Assembly (NCBI GenBank): GCA_012295275.1
Contig: CM022670.1
Coordinates: 34,100,001-34,164,000 of the forward strand
Direction: 5' to 3'
Source of the DNA: Chrysomallon squamiferum
Lineage: Eukaryota > Animalia > Mollusca
Length of the DNA: 64,000 bases
In this document: piece after piece, positions 14,900-25,978 of the stretch
How positions within the stretch are numbered: position 1 is the first letter of the stretch
Layout: every line of letters begins with the position of its first letter
Position numbers and translations under genes: made by a program
Notes under the pieces: model-generated
The model's input: the letters and a program-made list of their open reading frames with translations, nothing else
Databases searched by the model: none
Told to the model about the DNA's origin: nothing

Positions 14900-16784
14900 A
14901 AATTAAGACCAAAATATTATCAGAACAGTTTCATTAATTTTTTGATTAGCCAGAATCAATTTTTGGCCTTTCGTTTTAAAATGAAGGTGTACAATAACAA
15001 GACTGCATGTTGGCTACGTAAAAACTATAATTGTTTTATTCTTTACGTGTAAGTTTTTATATCCCCGTACAAGCGATTTTAAAACGTAATGAAATTTTAT
15101 ATGGCATATCATCAACAATTTCAAAAAAAAAACAAATTATTCCGATTATATTTTTTATTGTATTTTTATTTTATTTTTTATTTTATTTTTAATTATTATT
15201 TTTTTAAATTTTGTTTTTGAGATTTTTCACAATGGCGCATGCGCAAGGAAATTCTGCACATGCATTACATCCGAAACAAACTGTAGCCAATTCAAAAGCA
15301 AAACAGATTTAGCCAGACTGTAAAAGACTATATATATATATATATTTCCCCTTTTTAAAAATAATTATATTTATTTTCCTTTTTTTTCTTATTATTATTG
15401 TACATGTCCACATATTTATTTTATTTTAACGTTAACATTTATAAAGTAGATGAAACTGATACATGCGTGTTTGTCTCAATCGTTTGCCCATTTATCTCAT
15501 TCCAAAATAAATGTAACAATATTTACAAAACAAATCAAATGTATTCTGTCTTGTAAATCAAATAGATTATCTAAGCCCAGTTTGACATCTTGATATCTTT
15601 TCAGTTAAATAAAAATATATTTAAAGCAACACAGATTCTAAATGACTACAGTTAATTTTTATACCCTTCATACACTGCAGGTAACGGGTGATTGACTGCA
15701 CTGATTATCTGTTGCTGTGGTAGTTAAACAAAACTTTCATTGTTGAATTTAATAATGTTAGGATCTGGTTTTAATACAAGTTTGAAAGAAAAAAATAATT
15801 ATATGTTCTGTTGCATGACAAAGCTTTAATTTTTGTTGTTTCACTAATCCACTAACTGAATATTTTGGTTGTATGAAATGGCAAATTATTTCTTCTTTAA
15901 TAAAATTTGATTTTAATTCCATAATAAGATTTATTTCCAGCTCAGGAGCTGAGCTAAAGATTTGATCTGTGGTAGAGTACAGTTGTTGTGCAGCAGTATT
16001 TAATCTGATAACAGTACACCAGGCTTTCATCTTTGTCAGGTTTTGAAGTGATATATTTAAATCTTGCTTTTGTAGTATTTGATTTCTTCTTATTTCTGGT
16101 ACATCAAAATCTGATAGTTTGACGTGGTAATCACCAGTTTAGTAGCACCCATGTGATACATCTTCAATGCTTTGATCTTTTTTAGCTGCAGATTAAACTT
16201 TTGTAATTTTCAAGTACTAATTGATTTAAAAGTTCTAAAGAAGTGTTTGATTCGTTTGTTTCAAATATATTAGCCAATCTTTCATATCTCTTAGGTCTTC
16301 AAAGCTGTTTTTGTTGTTCTTAAGAACTGATTTGTCAGCATTTCTGGAATACAATCAAAGCATTTTTGTTCTTTAGTATTTTGTTTTCCAAACAGTAGAT
16401 GGTCTTTCATCTTTGTTTTTATTTTGGGTTCAGTAGTGCAGTCTACTTCTACATATAAAGTTCTGTATTTCATTTGATTTCTTTTTTCTAGAACAGTAGC
16501 CTAGTCTTTCTCACCTGTGCTAATGTTAGACTTTTATATTCTAGATTCATTATTTTATTCCATTTTTTTTAAGGCTTTTAACACAAGATTGTACAGAGTT
16601 TAATATTTCGTGTTTATAATTTTTACTGCAACATTAGCCATTGTCATTTTTGTTACTGTCAGATTTGTGTATACTGGATTCAGAAGTCTTTAACGTGAAA
16701 TCACCAGGTTTTTCATTTGTTGTTTATTTTTCTGAAACCACAGCCACTTTTTCAACTTTGTTACTGTTAGATTTTGTTTTTATT

Positions 16785-19548
16785 TCACTTGCACACAAAA
16801 CACTGATGTACAACTTCCAGCGGCCACATCACTTCAGCGTTGACACTTGCACTGAGATCCTGAATCTTTATAGCTCGAATGACAGGTGTGCTGGCAGACA
16901 TCAACAGACCAATTAGCATCACATATTGTCCTAAATTGTAAATAACAATGAAACAGGAGCTAAAAAATTAATAAATAATAATAATAAAGAAAACAGCTAT
17001 ATACTAGCTTTTAATAAAAGACTCATTTATTATTCACACTGAAAAATAAAATGACAGGTGCATGTACAATTTTGTTTCTGTGTTGTTGTTTTGTTTTTTT
17101 CAATATTTAAGTACATTTTTTATTCTACAGCTAGAATTTTAAAAATTAAAAATAAAAACAAATTTAATTAACTCTGCAACTTGCCCACATGCTTTGGTCT
17201 AATTCAAACCAAGAAAAAAAAAAAAAAAAAAAAAAATTGTTTCTGCCAATCAAAAACATGCCTTTAAATCAGTGGTTCTCTTCTGAAGATGGGACACACT
17301 TGAAGCCTTACAACAAATTGCAGGCACACTACACAGAAATAACTGAAAGAAGGATACTGCGGCTGAATCGGTTGTCTACATCTAAGTCAGATTTCGCATC
17401 ATTTTGCATATAAACGGTTCTCGTCTGGTATCTGTATTGTTTGTTTTTCTTCTAGGAGAGATGTTCACCGATATATTTAGAGTTACCGCCCTTGAACCAG
17501 AGATGTTTACGATATATTTAGAGTTACCGCCCTTGTGAGAGATGTTCACTGTTATATTTAGTTACCGCTGTTGTGTGAGAGATGTTCCACGATATATTTA
17601 GAGTTACGGCCCTTGTGTGAGAGATGTTCACCTATATATTTAGAGTGATCGCCCTTGTGTGAGATGTTCACCGATATATTTAGAGTTCCAGACCTTATTT
17701 GAGAGATGTTCACTGATATATTTAGTTACTGCCCTAGTGTGAGAGATGTTCACTGATATAGAGTTACCGCCCTTGTATGAGTATATACTTTTATTCATCA
17801 TTTATTTTGTGCTGATAAGAAATGTGAGCCTGTGTCTTGGCAATTTCTTCAAAAATATTTTAATATGAAATACAAAGCAATGGACTGTTAAAATGTCAAA
17901 AACAGTGGCCATTGTTATTTTAAAAATCTGATGATGGTCACACATTGTGAATCAGTTAATGCTTTAATTTATCACAACTTGCGCACCCTGTCACTCACAC
18001 TGTCACTGGTAAACTGCGCAGCCTTGAGCAGCCGCGCTTGCTCATCAGCCAAAACTCGTTTTGAACGAGTATACAACGTGTATAAAATCTTCTTCCAGGC
18101 AACCGGCTATTTCTTACTGGATATCTTTCTGCTCTTAACATAATCAATTTTTTATCATCACAAATATCTACCTAGATCCTAGTCGTGAGGCACACCTAAG
18201 CATGTCTCTAGGTGCCCCTTTTGATAACCACTGCTTTAAATTCTGATTAGTTCAGAAGTAAAGCTGACAAAAAGTTCAACAAAACAAGTAACCTAGCTTA
18301 AATCAAATTCTTGTATTTTCATGTTGCCAAACTACTAAGTTTTTCTTTTTATATGTTTTTCACTTAAACTAGATTTAGTTTTTTTTCTTTTTACAGACCT
18401 GTTTTCACTTTAGGACAGGATGCAGGAATCTTATCACAGCCTGTTACCTGGACAACACCTGTCCCATCATCCACATACAAAACATCACCAGCCATTTTGG
18501 TCTGTAGAAAATACAACATAGCTAAAGAAATTATGTCTAGGTCAGACTTTACCATTATGGGAGTCATTTGAAAACAAAATGAAATAACATGATATATATA
18601 TATAAAGAAAAAAAGAATAAAATAAATAAATCTGAAAATTAAATATCTGAAAAGGCACATTTTTGTAAAAATGTATAAAATTTGGCCACATACACATATT
18701 TATTATTATTACTGTTTTTAATTTATAATTATCATTTATTTATTTATTTATTTTTATTATTATTTTTATTATTATTATTATTTTTTAATCAATGAAAGGT
18801 ACTGGAAATACAATGGATACATCCTTAATTGCACACATGTATAAAATACAAACAAGCTTTATTACAACTTTGCTTAACAAATACTGTAAGGATATTCTTA
18901 ATTCTGCCTCACAAACATTAATTTCTGTATAAGCATTACAATACTAAAGAACATAGTGCATTTCTAGATAAATTAAACATTTTCTTTTATGTAACACCTG
19001 CACTATTTAGTGTTCATTTAATCGGCTATGAACTCCAAAGTGCAAGACACACACACACAGAGAAATGTATATGTGACACAGATTAGATTTAGAGCTCTTG
19101 GTATTGTTATTAATAAATCTTTTTCACTACATTATTTCATTATTCGGAACTAGTTTATTTGCTTTGCTATCTGGGAGAAGGTTGACATTAAAAGAACTGT
19201 TACTGCTGATGGATAAACAGATTAACTAGTGCATGGAAATATCATATGTGACGCATATATTAATTGTAAATTCATTTTTGTTGTGTTTTTGTTTTTAAAT
19301 AATCATTGATATTAAATAAATAAGAATGCATGTTCTTTTTTTCTCCCATATCAACAAAACTGGTTATTTATTTTTACCTGAACTACAATTCCTTGTAGCC
19401 AAACACAAGAAAACTGTATAACTCCGCAAACAGTTGTCACCTGCCACTCTGGAATCTTTGTGTTTTGAGTCGGATCCCTGACATATTGCCTGGCTCTGGA
19501 TAAATTCTTGATGAACAACTTCTTCGATGGAAGGTCCAGAATGCTCAT
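16785..19548 (-). CDS. RMI2: RecQ-mediated genome instability protein 2 (OB-fold), 139 aa, 3 coding exons
   Basis: Exons 19548-19378, 18501-18399 and 16930-16785 have GT-AG boundaries and matching phases (0, 1). The translation has P.KL, VWLQGIVV, VDDGTG, GQYVMLIG, IRAIKIQDLS and MWPLEV, which are characteristic of RMI2. An acceptor near 19580 and a donor near 20090 suggest a 5'UTR intron. Confidence 0.93.
17270..18233. mobile_element. Non-autonomous hAT (Charlie-like) DNA transposon in RMI2 intron
   Basis: Terminal inverted repeats CAGTGGTTCTC...GATAACCACTG, a perfect 8-bp target-site duplication CTTTAAAT (17262-17269 and 18234-18241), and no transposase ORF. Confidence 0.85.
17455..17780. 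repeat. Minisatellite, about 8 copies of a ~40-42-bp unit, inside the hAT element
   Basis: Unit consensus GAGAGATGTTCACCGATATATTTAGAGTTACCGCCCTTGTGT, arranged head-to-tail with no unique spacers. Confidence 0.9.
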
Positions 19549-20089
19549 TGGGAATTATTTACACTTAAAGTATTCAAATCTGCAAAATGTTATAACATTA
19601 AAGATTTAAAATAAGCTATTTAACACATTTTATAAATCGTTTACAGTAGGAAGCCCTTAGTTTACATCTATCCTAATCAGTAAGCTAAACCCAAGCTAGA
19701 CCCAGTATGAAGCCCCTTTCCTTAATCTAACCTAATCAGTAACTTGAATAAGCTTAAGAATTACCCTGTGCATACTATGTCACATTCAATACTCTACAAA
19801 CCCATTCTTTTTGTGACTTTTTTTCCTGTGACTTATTTTCTTGTGACTTTTTTTCCAGTCACCAAGCTACCATACAGTTTCTGTATGGTCGAAATCACAG
19901 TAAATTTTATGTGCAAGTAAATGCTGTTTAAAATTATTATATTATTAAACTTATTATCATTAAATGGTTAATGTAATATATATATATATATATCGTCTCG
20001 GTATATGTTTCGTTAAGTGCGCATAATCAAACGATAAAACCCGTGAGGTCACATGGTGAAGATTTTGTTTACGGAAGTATTTTTTTTTA

Positions 20090-20412
20090 CCTTCCAAATA
20101 AAGAAATGTCTGGAGAAACAACCCCGTATCTGCAAAGTTTCACAATGAATTTCACTCACAAACTGCACAAACACTGTCGTCTGCTGACAGTCAGAACACT
20201 GTTAACAATTAGGAGTCATTGTTCTTGGATGTCGACTGACGACAACTCACTTCAGACGTTCGGCGTCATAATCCACACCGCGTTAAAAGGGTAAGAATGT
20301 TACAGTATACACACCCTAACTTGAAACAAACAAGAACTCGCAATATATACTGAATTTAATGTTTATATTTTAACCATGTATATATCGAAGGGTTAGAACT
20401 AGAAGGTCTTAA

Positions 20413-20459
<47 letters not shown>

Positions 20460-21352
20460 TGCACTTAAGACCTCCTGGCTCTAATCCCCCGATATACATT
20501 ACGTTTTGTCTCTGTCAATAATAACATGAAAAAACATCGTTATTTCTGCGTCAAAACCGATACCACGAGGATATAATAAATAATTTTTTTTTTTTTTTTT
20601 TTAATAAAAATCCATGTTTTCACTTGACAATACCGGTATAAATACGAATAACAATAAAGAAAACAGATATGTGATGTAATAATTTAGAGCAAAACAGCTC
20701 ACTAGTATTAGTAATGATAGAGAAACAACTGATGTACACTGTTCACTGACTGAAAGTAAGACTTAAAATAATACTGATCTTATTTTATTTATTATTTCGT
20801 TTATTTGTAAAATAATGATTCTAAGTTTATATATTAATGTGTTTTAATGATATAATCATTTTAAACAGCATCAAGCTGCACATGAAATGTACGGCGACTT
20901 CGTCTATCGCGAGATCGACACAAACGACAGGCAGTGTCAGCAGCATCACTCTCGGTCTGAGTCGTATGAAATGAGTAATGAAAATCGAGATTATTGTTTT
21001 CTTTCTCCCTTTTTTGTAAAGTCTTGAATGGCATATAAATATTGTGATGAAAATAAATAATGACATAACATAAAAATATATGGTATGCATAGTCAAGATA
21101 TGTTATTTACGCTATAATATGGACATACCTTTCACTTTTCAGCGCTTATTTTGTAATTTGACAGGTACTTAATTTTGGCGCTAAATGCTTGTATCATTAA
21201 TGTAAAAGCCAATTAAGCGAATTGCCTTCAGTTATTAATTATAAGAATAAATTAAATAAATTAATGTGATTAATAAATATTATAGTATTTGAATGAGTAA
21301 AACTGGGATATTATTATTATTTGTTAACGTCTTAAGCATTGCAACGAAAGAA
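20090..21352. promoter_or_regulatory. Probable bidirectional promoter region between RMI2 and RCHY1
   Basis: The genes diverge with start codons about 1.8 kb apart. CpG-richer patches occur at ~20170-20290 and ~20880-20970, with a TATCGCGAGA (BANP/ZBTB33-type) motif at 20905-20914. Confidence 0.55.
20376..20499. repeat. Imperfect ~42-bp inverted repeat with (TA)n(CA)n loop
   Basis: ATGTATATATCGAAGGGTTAGAACTAGAAGGTCTTAAGTGTAT versus the reverse complement of ATGCACTTAAGACCTCCTGGCTCTAATCCCCCGATATACAT. Substitutions are transitions, plus one 2-nt indel. Confidence 0.8.
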
Positions 21353-24300
21353 ATGGCCGAAGAAGATAAGATAATTGAAGCAGTGGATAAAAAAAAAAGA
21401 GTGACGTGAAGTCCGATGTATTAGGATGTGAACACTATATCAGGAAATGCAGTTTAATTGTTAGTTATATTTAAGTAATATATATTTTAAAGTATTTTTT
21501 TGTAAAAACAGCTAAAATTTCAAAAAGCAAATTCCTGTCAGTGTCAAAATGAAAATATTTATCCACTTACACTCAGACACTGCATACATGATACACTATA
21601 CATAATACAGGTGACAACCATAGAGTTAGAGGTTACCAACGTTCAGACTATCAGTTTTTAAATTATTTTTATATTGTCGATGATTACAACAGATATATGT
21701 CTGATATATATATATATATATATATTTTTTTTATAACTGATCACTTAACATACATTGTTGCCAATGTTTTTCTTCTTTTTCCCCTGTTCATTGGTAGTGA
21801 CATGTTAAATCTTTAAATAATAACACAAATGTATTCCTTTCTCTATTAGCTGTTAGATATTACAAGCATGATTACTGTGTTGTTACTTGTTTCCTTGCAA
21901 ACAGTGTCACAGTTGTCAGTATAGTAATATAAAATCATACATACATGTTATTGTTCTGTTTGAAGGCACCTTGCTGCAAAAAGGAATATATTTGTCGTGT
22001 ATGTCATGATGAAAATGAAAATCATGAAATGGATCGAAGAAAAGTGTCTGAAATCAAGTGCTTGAAATGCGGTACTATTCAGAAGGTAAGGGTAAAGTAT
22101 TTCTTAAATACAGTACATAGATGCAGATGTGTGTGTGTGTGTGTGTGTACAGAGAGAAAAAGAAAGAGGGAGAGAAATAAAGAGATTTAGAGAGAATTGT
22201 ATAATTGAACTAGAAGAAAACTAAGTATTTAATAAATACAACTTATAGGTTATACTTCTGTTTCAGATTACTGGTGATAATTTATTTTGACATAATAAAA
22301 TAATAATCTTGAAATATTAATAATTAAAAGCCCCAAAACCCACTCATTGACACATTTGTGTATTAGCATCTGACTTCTTTAAATAATAGTTAAATTAAGA
22401 ATTCTATATCACATTGGATTTAAGCTTTAGATAATATTATTTTAGTTTTGTATGTTATTTGAATATTGAAATATGCATATCTTTTTCTTTTTATTTTATT
22501 TATTTACTTTTATTTATATATTTTTTTACAATAAAATGTACATTGCTTGTAAGTGACTAATGCCACTTGTAATGTTATAATAATTTTATGTTTATATTTG
22601 CCTTCTGATATTCAGGTCCAAAATAAATGCACAAAATGTGAGACTGTGTTTGGAAACTACTATTGTGAGATCTGCCGTCTGTTTGACGACACAGAGAAAC
22701 AACAGTTTCATTGTGGTAGATGTGGTATATGCAGGTAAAGTCTTTTATTATTATAGTTCTTGTTGTTGTTGTTGTTGTTGCTTTAGTTGGGATAAATTGG
22801 TGGTATTTAATAAGAAAAATTATGGTTATCAATATCTCAGAAATAACTCTGTATTGATGTTCCCATAAAGTGTACATTATATTTGCACAGATTTATGCAC
22901 AGGGTGCCTTAGTGATGCACAGCATTTCATTCATACCTGCCAACATTACTGAAGCAGTTTTATTTCATTAGCCACGATTAGGTCATTTAAAAATATGAAC
23001 ACAGATTGAGCAGGTGACAAAAAATTCATCCCCATAGTAGAAATTCCCTCATTTAGATATGTGCATGCATAAACTGATATAGTCTGAGTGAAATCTTTAG
23101 AAAAACAAAGCTGATTGAAAGGAAGATTGTCATCCTCAATATTTAACCTTGTAGGAAACACTGTTTATCATAATTATATAGATCTACAAATACATTAAAA
23201 AGAACCTGGAATTAAAACTTTTTCTGTCTACATATTTTCAAAAAATAAATAATTATCATTATAATTTAGTTAAGGAAAACATATTCAATGGCTGTTAGCA
23301 GTAATACTGAAGATGTTGATTTTCAGTATATTCACTAGTACAGATCTCTTATTTAGACGCAGTTTATTGAGGAACGTGACTAAATTTAACAAAAACAAAT
23401 CTTTTTCAGAGTTGGAGGTGCTGAAAATTTTTTCCATTGTGATAAATGTAACGTTTGTCTGGGAAATGCACTGAAAAATAATCACAAGGTGAGACTAAAA
23501 AAAAATATTAATAATTGTCAGAATAATGTTCATTAAAGCCACATTTTCATATAAGTCATTTTCTTTTCATATTTTAATGAAATATATAAAAAATTGTTTC
23601 ATCTATTATGTATTTTATTTGCAGCTTCATGTTTATTGCAGGGGTTCTCTGTAATGGATGAATTTTTACTAAAAAGATAGAACAAATTTTCTTTGTTAAA
23701 AAGTAAATAATTAAAAAAATAAAAAGATAAAAAGAAACAAAGTATAAACAGGTTAACAGCACAAATAAATTACCTTCCTATACATTTTACAATCATTTTT
23801 GATATATTGTAGTAGATCTACGAATATTTACATATGGTAGATTGAATCAGGCAGATTTACATCTTGTTAGAACAAATACATCCACAGCGAAATACTAAAC
23901 TGATCATTTTTTTTTTGTTTGTTTGTTTTTGTTAGGATACGAGAAAGCACCAAACTGTTCAATGTTTGTTTTGGTAGCACTTTAAAATGAATGAAATGTG
24001 TACACACAGGCAGTGTAGATGAAAACATATAAACAATTGCATTATCGGTGGACATTTTAAAATTAATAAAATGCTTCATTTTTTGTTATTAGTTTATATT
24101 TAAGGGAATCCCCACCTATTTACGATTTAATAGACATTTTTTTATCATGAAATGTCACTTACATCTTACAAAGTTTTGTTAATCTCAACAGGCATAATAA
24201 TACTTACCTGTACATTTTCAGTGTATTGAGAACATTTCACGTGATGTGTGTTCCATTTGCCGGGAGGATCTTCACACTTCAAGGATAGAACTCAATGTTC

Positions 24301-25551
24301 CCCCATGTGGTCACATTTTGCATTAGTGAGTTTTTGTAGTAAATAGGCATTATTTAGAAGAAAATAGTTGTTTATTTTACATTTAATGTAATTTATAAAA
24401 CATGACTGAGCATAGATTAATATATGGCTTCATGAATTTCTTCATTTCTGTGATATTGAACTGTATTTATCTTACTTTCAATATTCAGTTTTTTAAAGTC
24501 TTAAAATTATTTATAATATGAACTTTTATTTATGAATTGCCTAAATCTTTTCCTTTTTTATTTACAGCAAATGTTATTCAAGTCTTCTGAAGAGTGGGTA
24601 TGTTATTGTTATTCAAAAATATGATGATGGTAACAATTAATTTTAAGCCATAGACATGAGTTACTTCCCTTGATCATTTTAAATTTCCATGAAAACTGTG
24701 ATGTGAATTGTACAAATAATTAAAGCTATAGCTACAGTTCATTCTGTAATCTGTAGTCTGTTTCATAGGAAATTCTGGTTATTGTGGAAATCTAAATTTT
24801 CATTTTTTCCCCAACATAACTGTTTGCTAAATGTATTCACTGATCTATTCAGTGTTGGAAACGTATCAGTGAGAGAAAAAATTGAATAAAATAGTTTTTG
24901 TTTTTCAGGAATTACGCCTGTCCAACATGTAATGAGTCGATGGTAAACATGGAGAATCTCTGGAAGTACATGGATGAAGAAATCTCTGAAACTGAGATGC
25001 CAGATGAATACAAGGATCTGCTGGTTCCAGTACTGTGTAGAGACTGTCATAAAGTATGTATAAATCACAGACAGTCATAAAATGTATGTAACACAGTTCT
25101 AAAGTCTGTATTAAACATAGTGATAAAGTATTATTAAACATAGTCAATCACAAACTATACATTTATAAAACAGACAGTTACAAAGTTTGTATAAGAGATA
25201 GATGGTCCCAAATTACTCATAACGCAAACAACAGTATGAAAGTATGTATTAAATAGTCATAAAGTATGTAAGAAACACAGATGGTCACAAAGTGTGTATA
25301 AAACAGTCATAAAGTCACTGTTATTGTAATTTTTCTCCTTGTTTACATATGAAAACACAGACATAACTTAGTAAACCTCACTAGTAAACTGAAAAATTAA
25401 ATGCTCAAAATGGAAATATAAATCTACTAAGTGAGAAAGATTAAAAAAAAAAAGAATAAAAAGAAACAAAATTGGTTTGACTAACACGTTAGTGAATTAA
25501 AAATAAGTCATTTATTAGCATCACTGTTGCAGTTTTACATCCATCTTGTTC

Positions 25552-25582
<31 letters not shown>

Positions 25583-25978
25583 TTTTGACAAAGATCACAA
25601 ACTCATCTGAATTGATATCATTAATTTGCACTAAGAGGCAAATTAAATGTTTTACAGGATATCTTATTTCCTACATATTCAAGACAATTTTTGAGTAGAT
25701 GTATAATGCATAAATATGCATTCTTGATTCTTTTTCAGTAGAGTTCTACATTTCTGATCATTTATATAATGTTATAAAGATAATGGTTAATATAATAAGA
25801 CTAATATTGGGACAATAAACTCATGTTTTTTATCTCAAAAGTTTATAATGTATTCCTGCCTTGATTAAAATCAGTTCTAAAAAAAATTTGATTCTGTTTT
25901 CAGGAAAGCAGTACTAAATTTCATGTTCTAGGACTGAAATGTGGACACTGTGGGTCATACAATACAGCAAGAGGCTGA
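21353..25978 (+). CDS. RCHY1: RING finger and CHY zinc finger domain-containing protein 1 (Pirh2 E3 ligase), ~259 aa, 8 coding exons; 1-nt frameshift in exon 1 A-run
   Basis: Exons 21353-21459, 21966-22085, 22616-22734, 23410-23488, 24222-24325, 24568-24597, 24909-25053 and 25904-25978 are all GT-AG and phase-consistent. Motifs: GCEHYIRKC-APCC..CRVCHD (CHY), YYCEICRLFDD..QFHCGRCGICRVGG, RING CSIC..CGHILH..C..CPTC, and C-terminal LCRDC..FHVLGLKCGHCGSYNT. One extra A in 21389-21398 is needed to join ATG 21353 to the CHY frame. Confidence 0.93.
25043..25320 (+). repeat. Degenerate ~25-bp tandem repeat derived from the RCHY1 exon 7 end/donor site
   Basis: Reiterated (A)GTCATAAAGTATGTA(T)AAA(C)ACA units begin inside the exon. 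Confidence 0.7.

Noticed and set aside
15235-15244. NRF1-type palindrome GCGCATGCGC as a promoter
   Set aside because: No adjacent gene start was identified; a single motif is insufficient.
17455-17780. CRISPR-like array
   Set aside because: Units are head-to-tail degenerate repeats without unique spacers. There are no cas genes, and the array sits in a eukaryotic intron.
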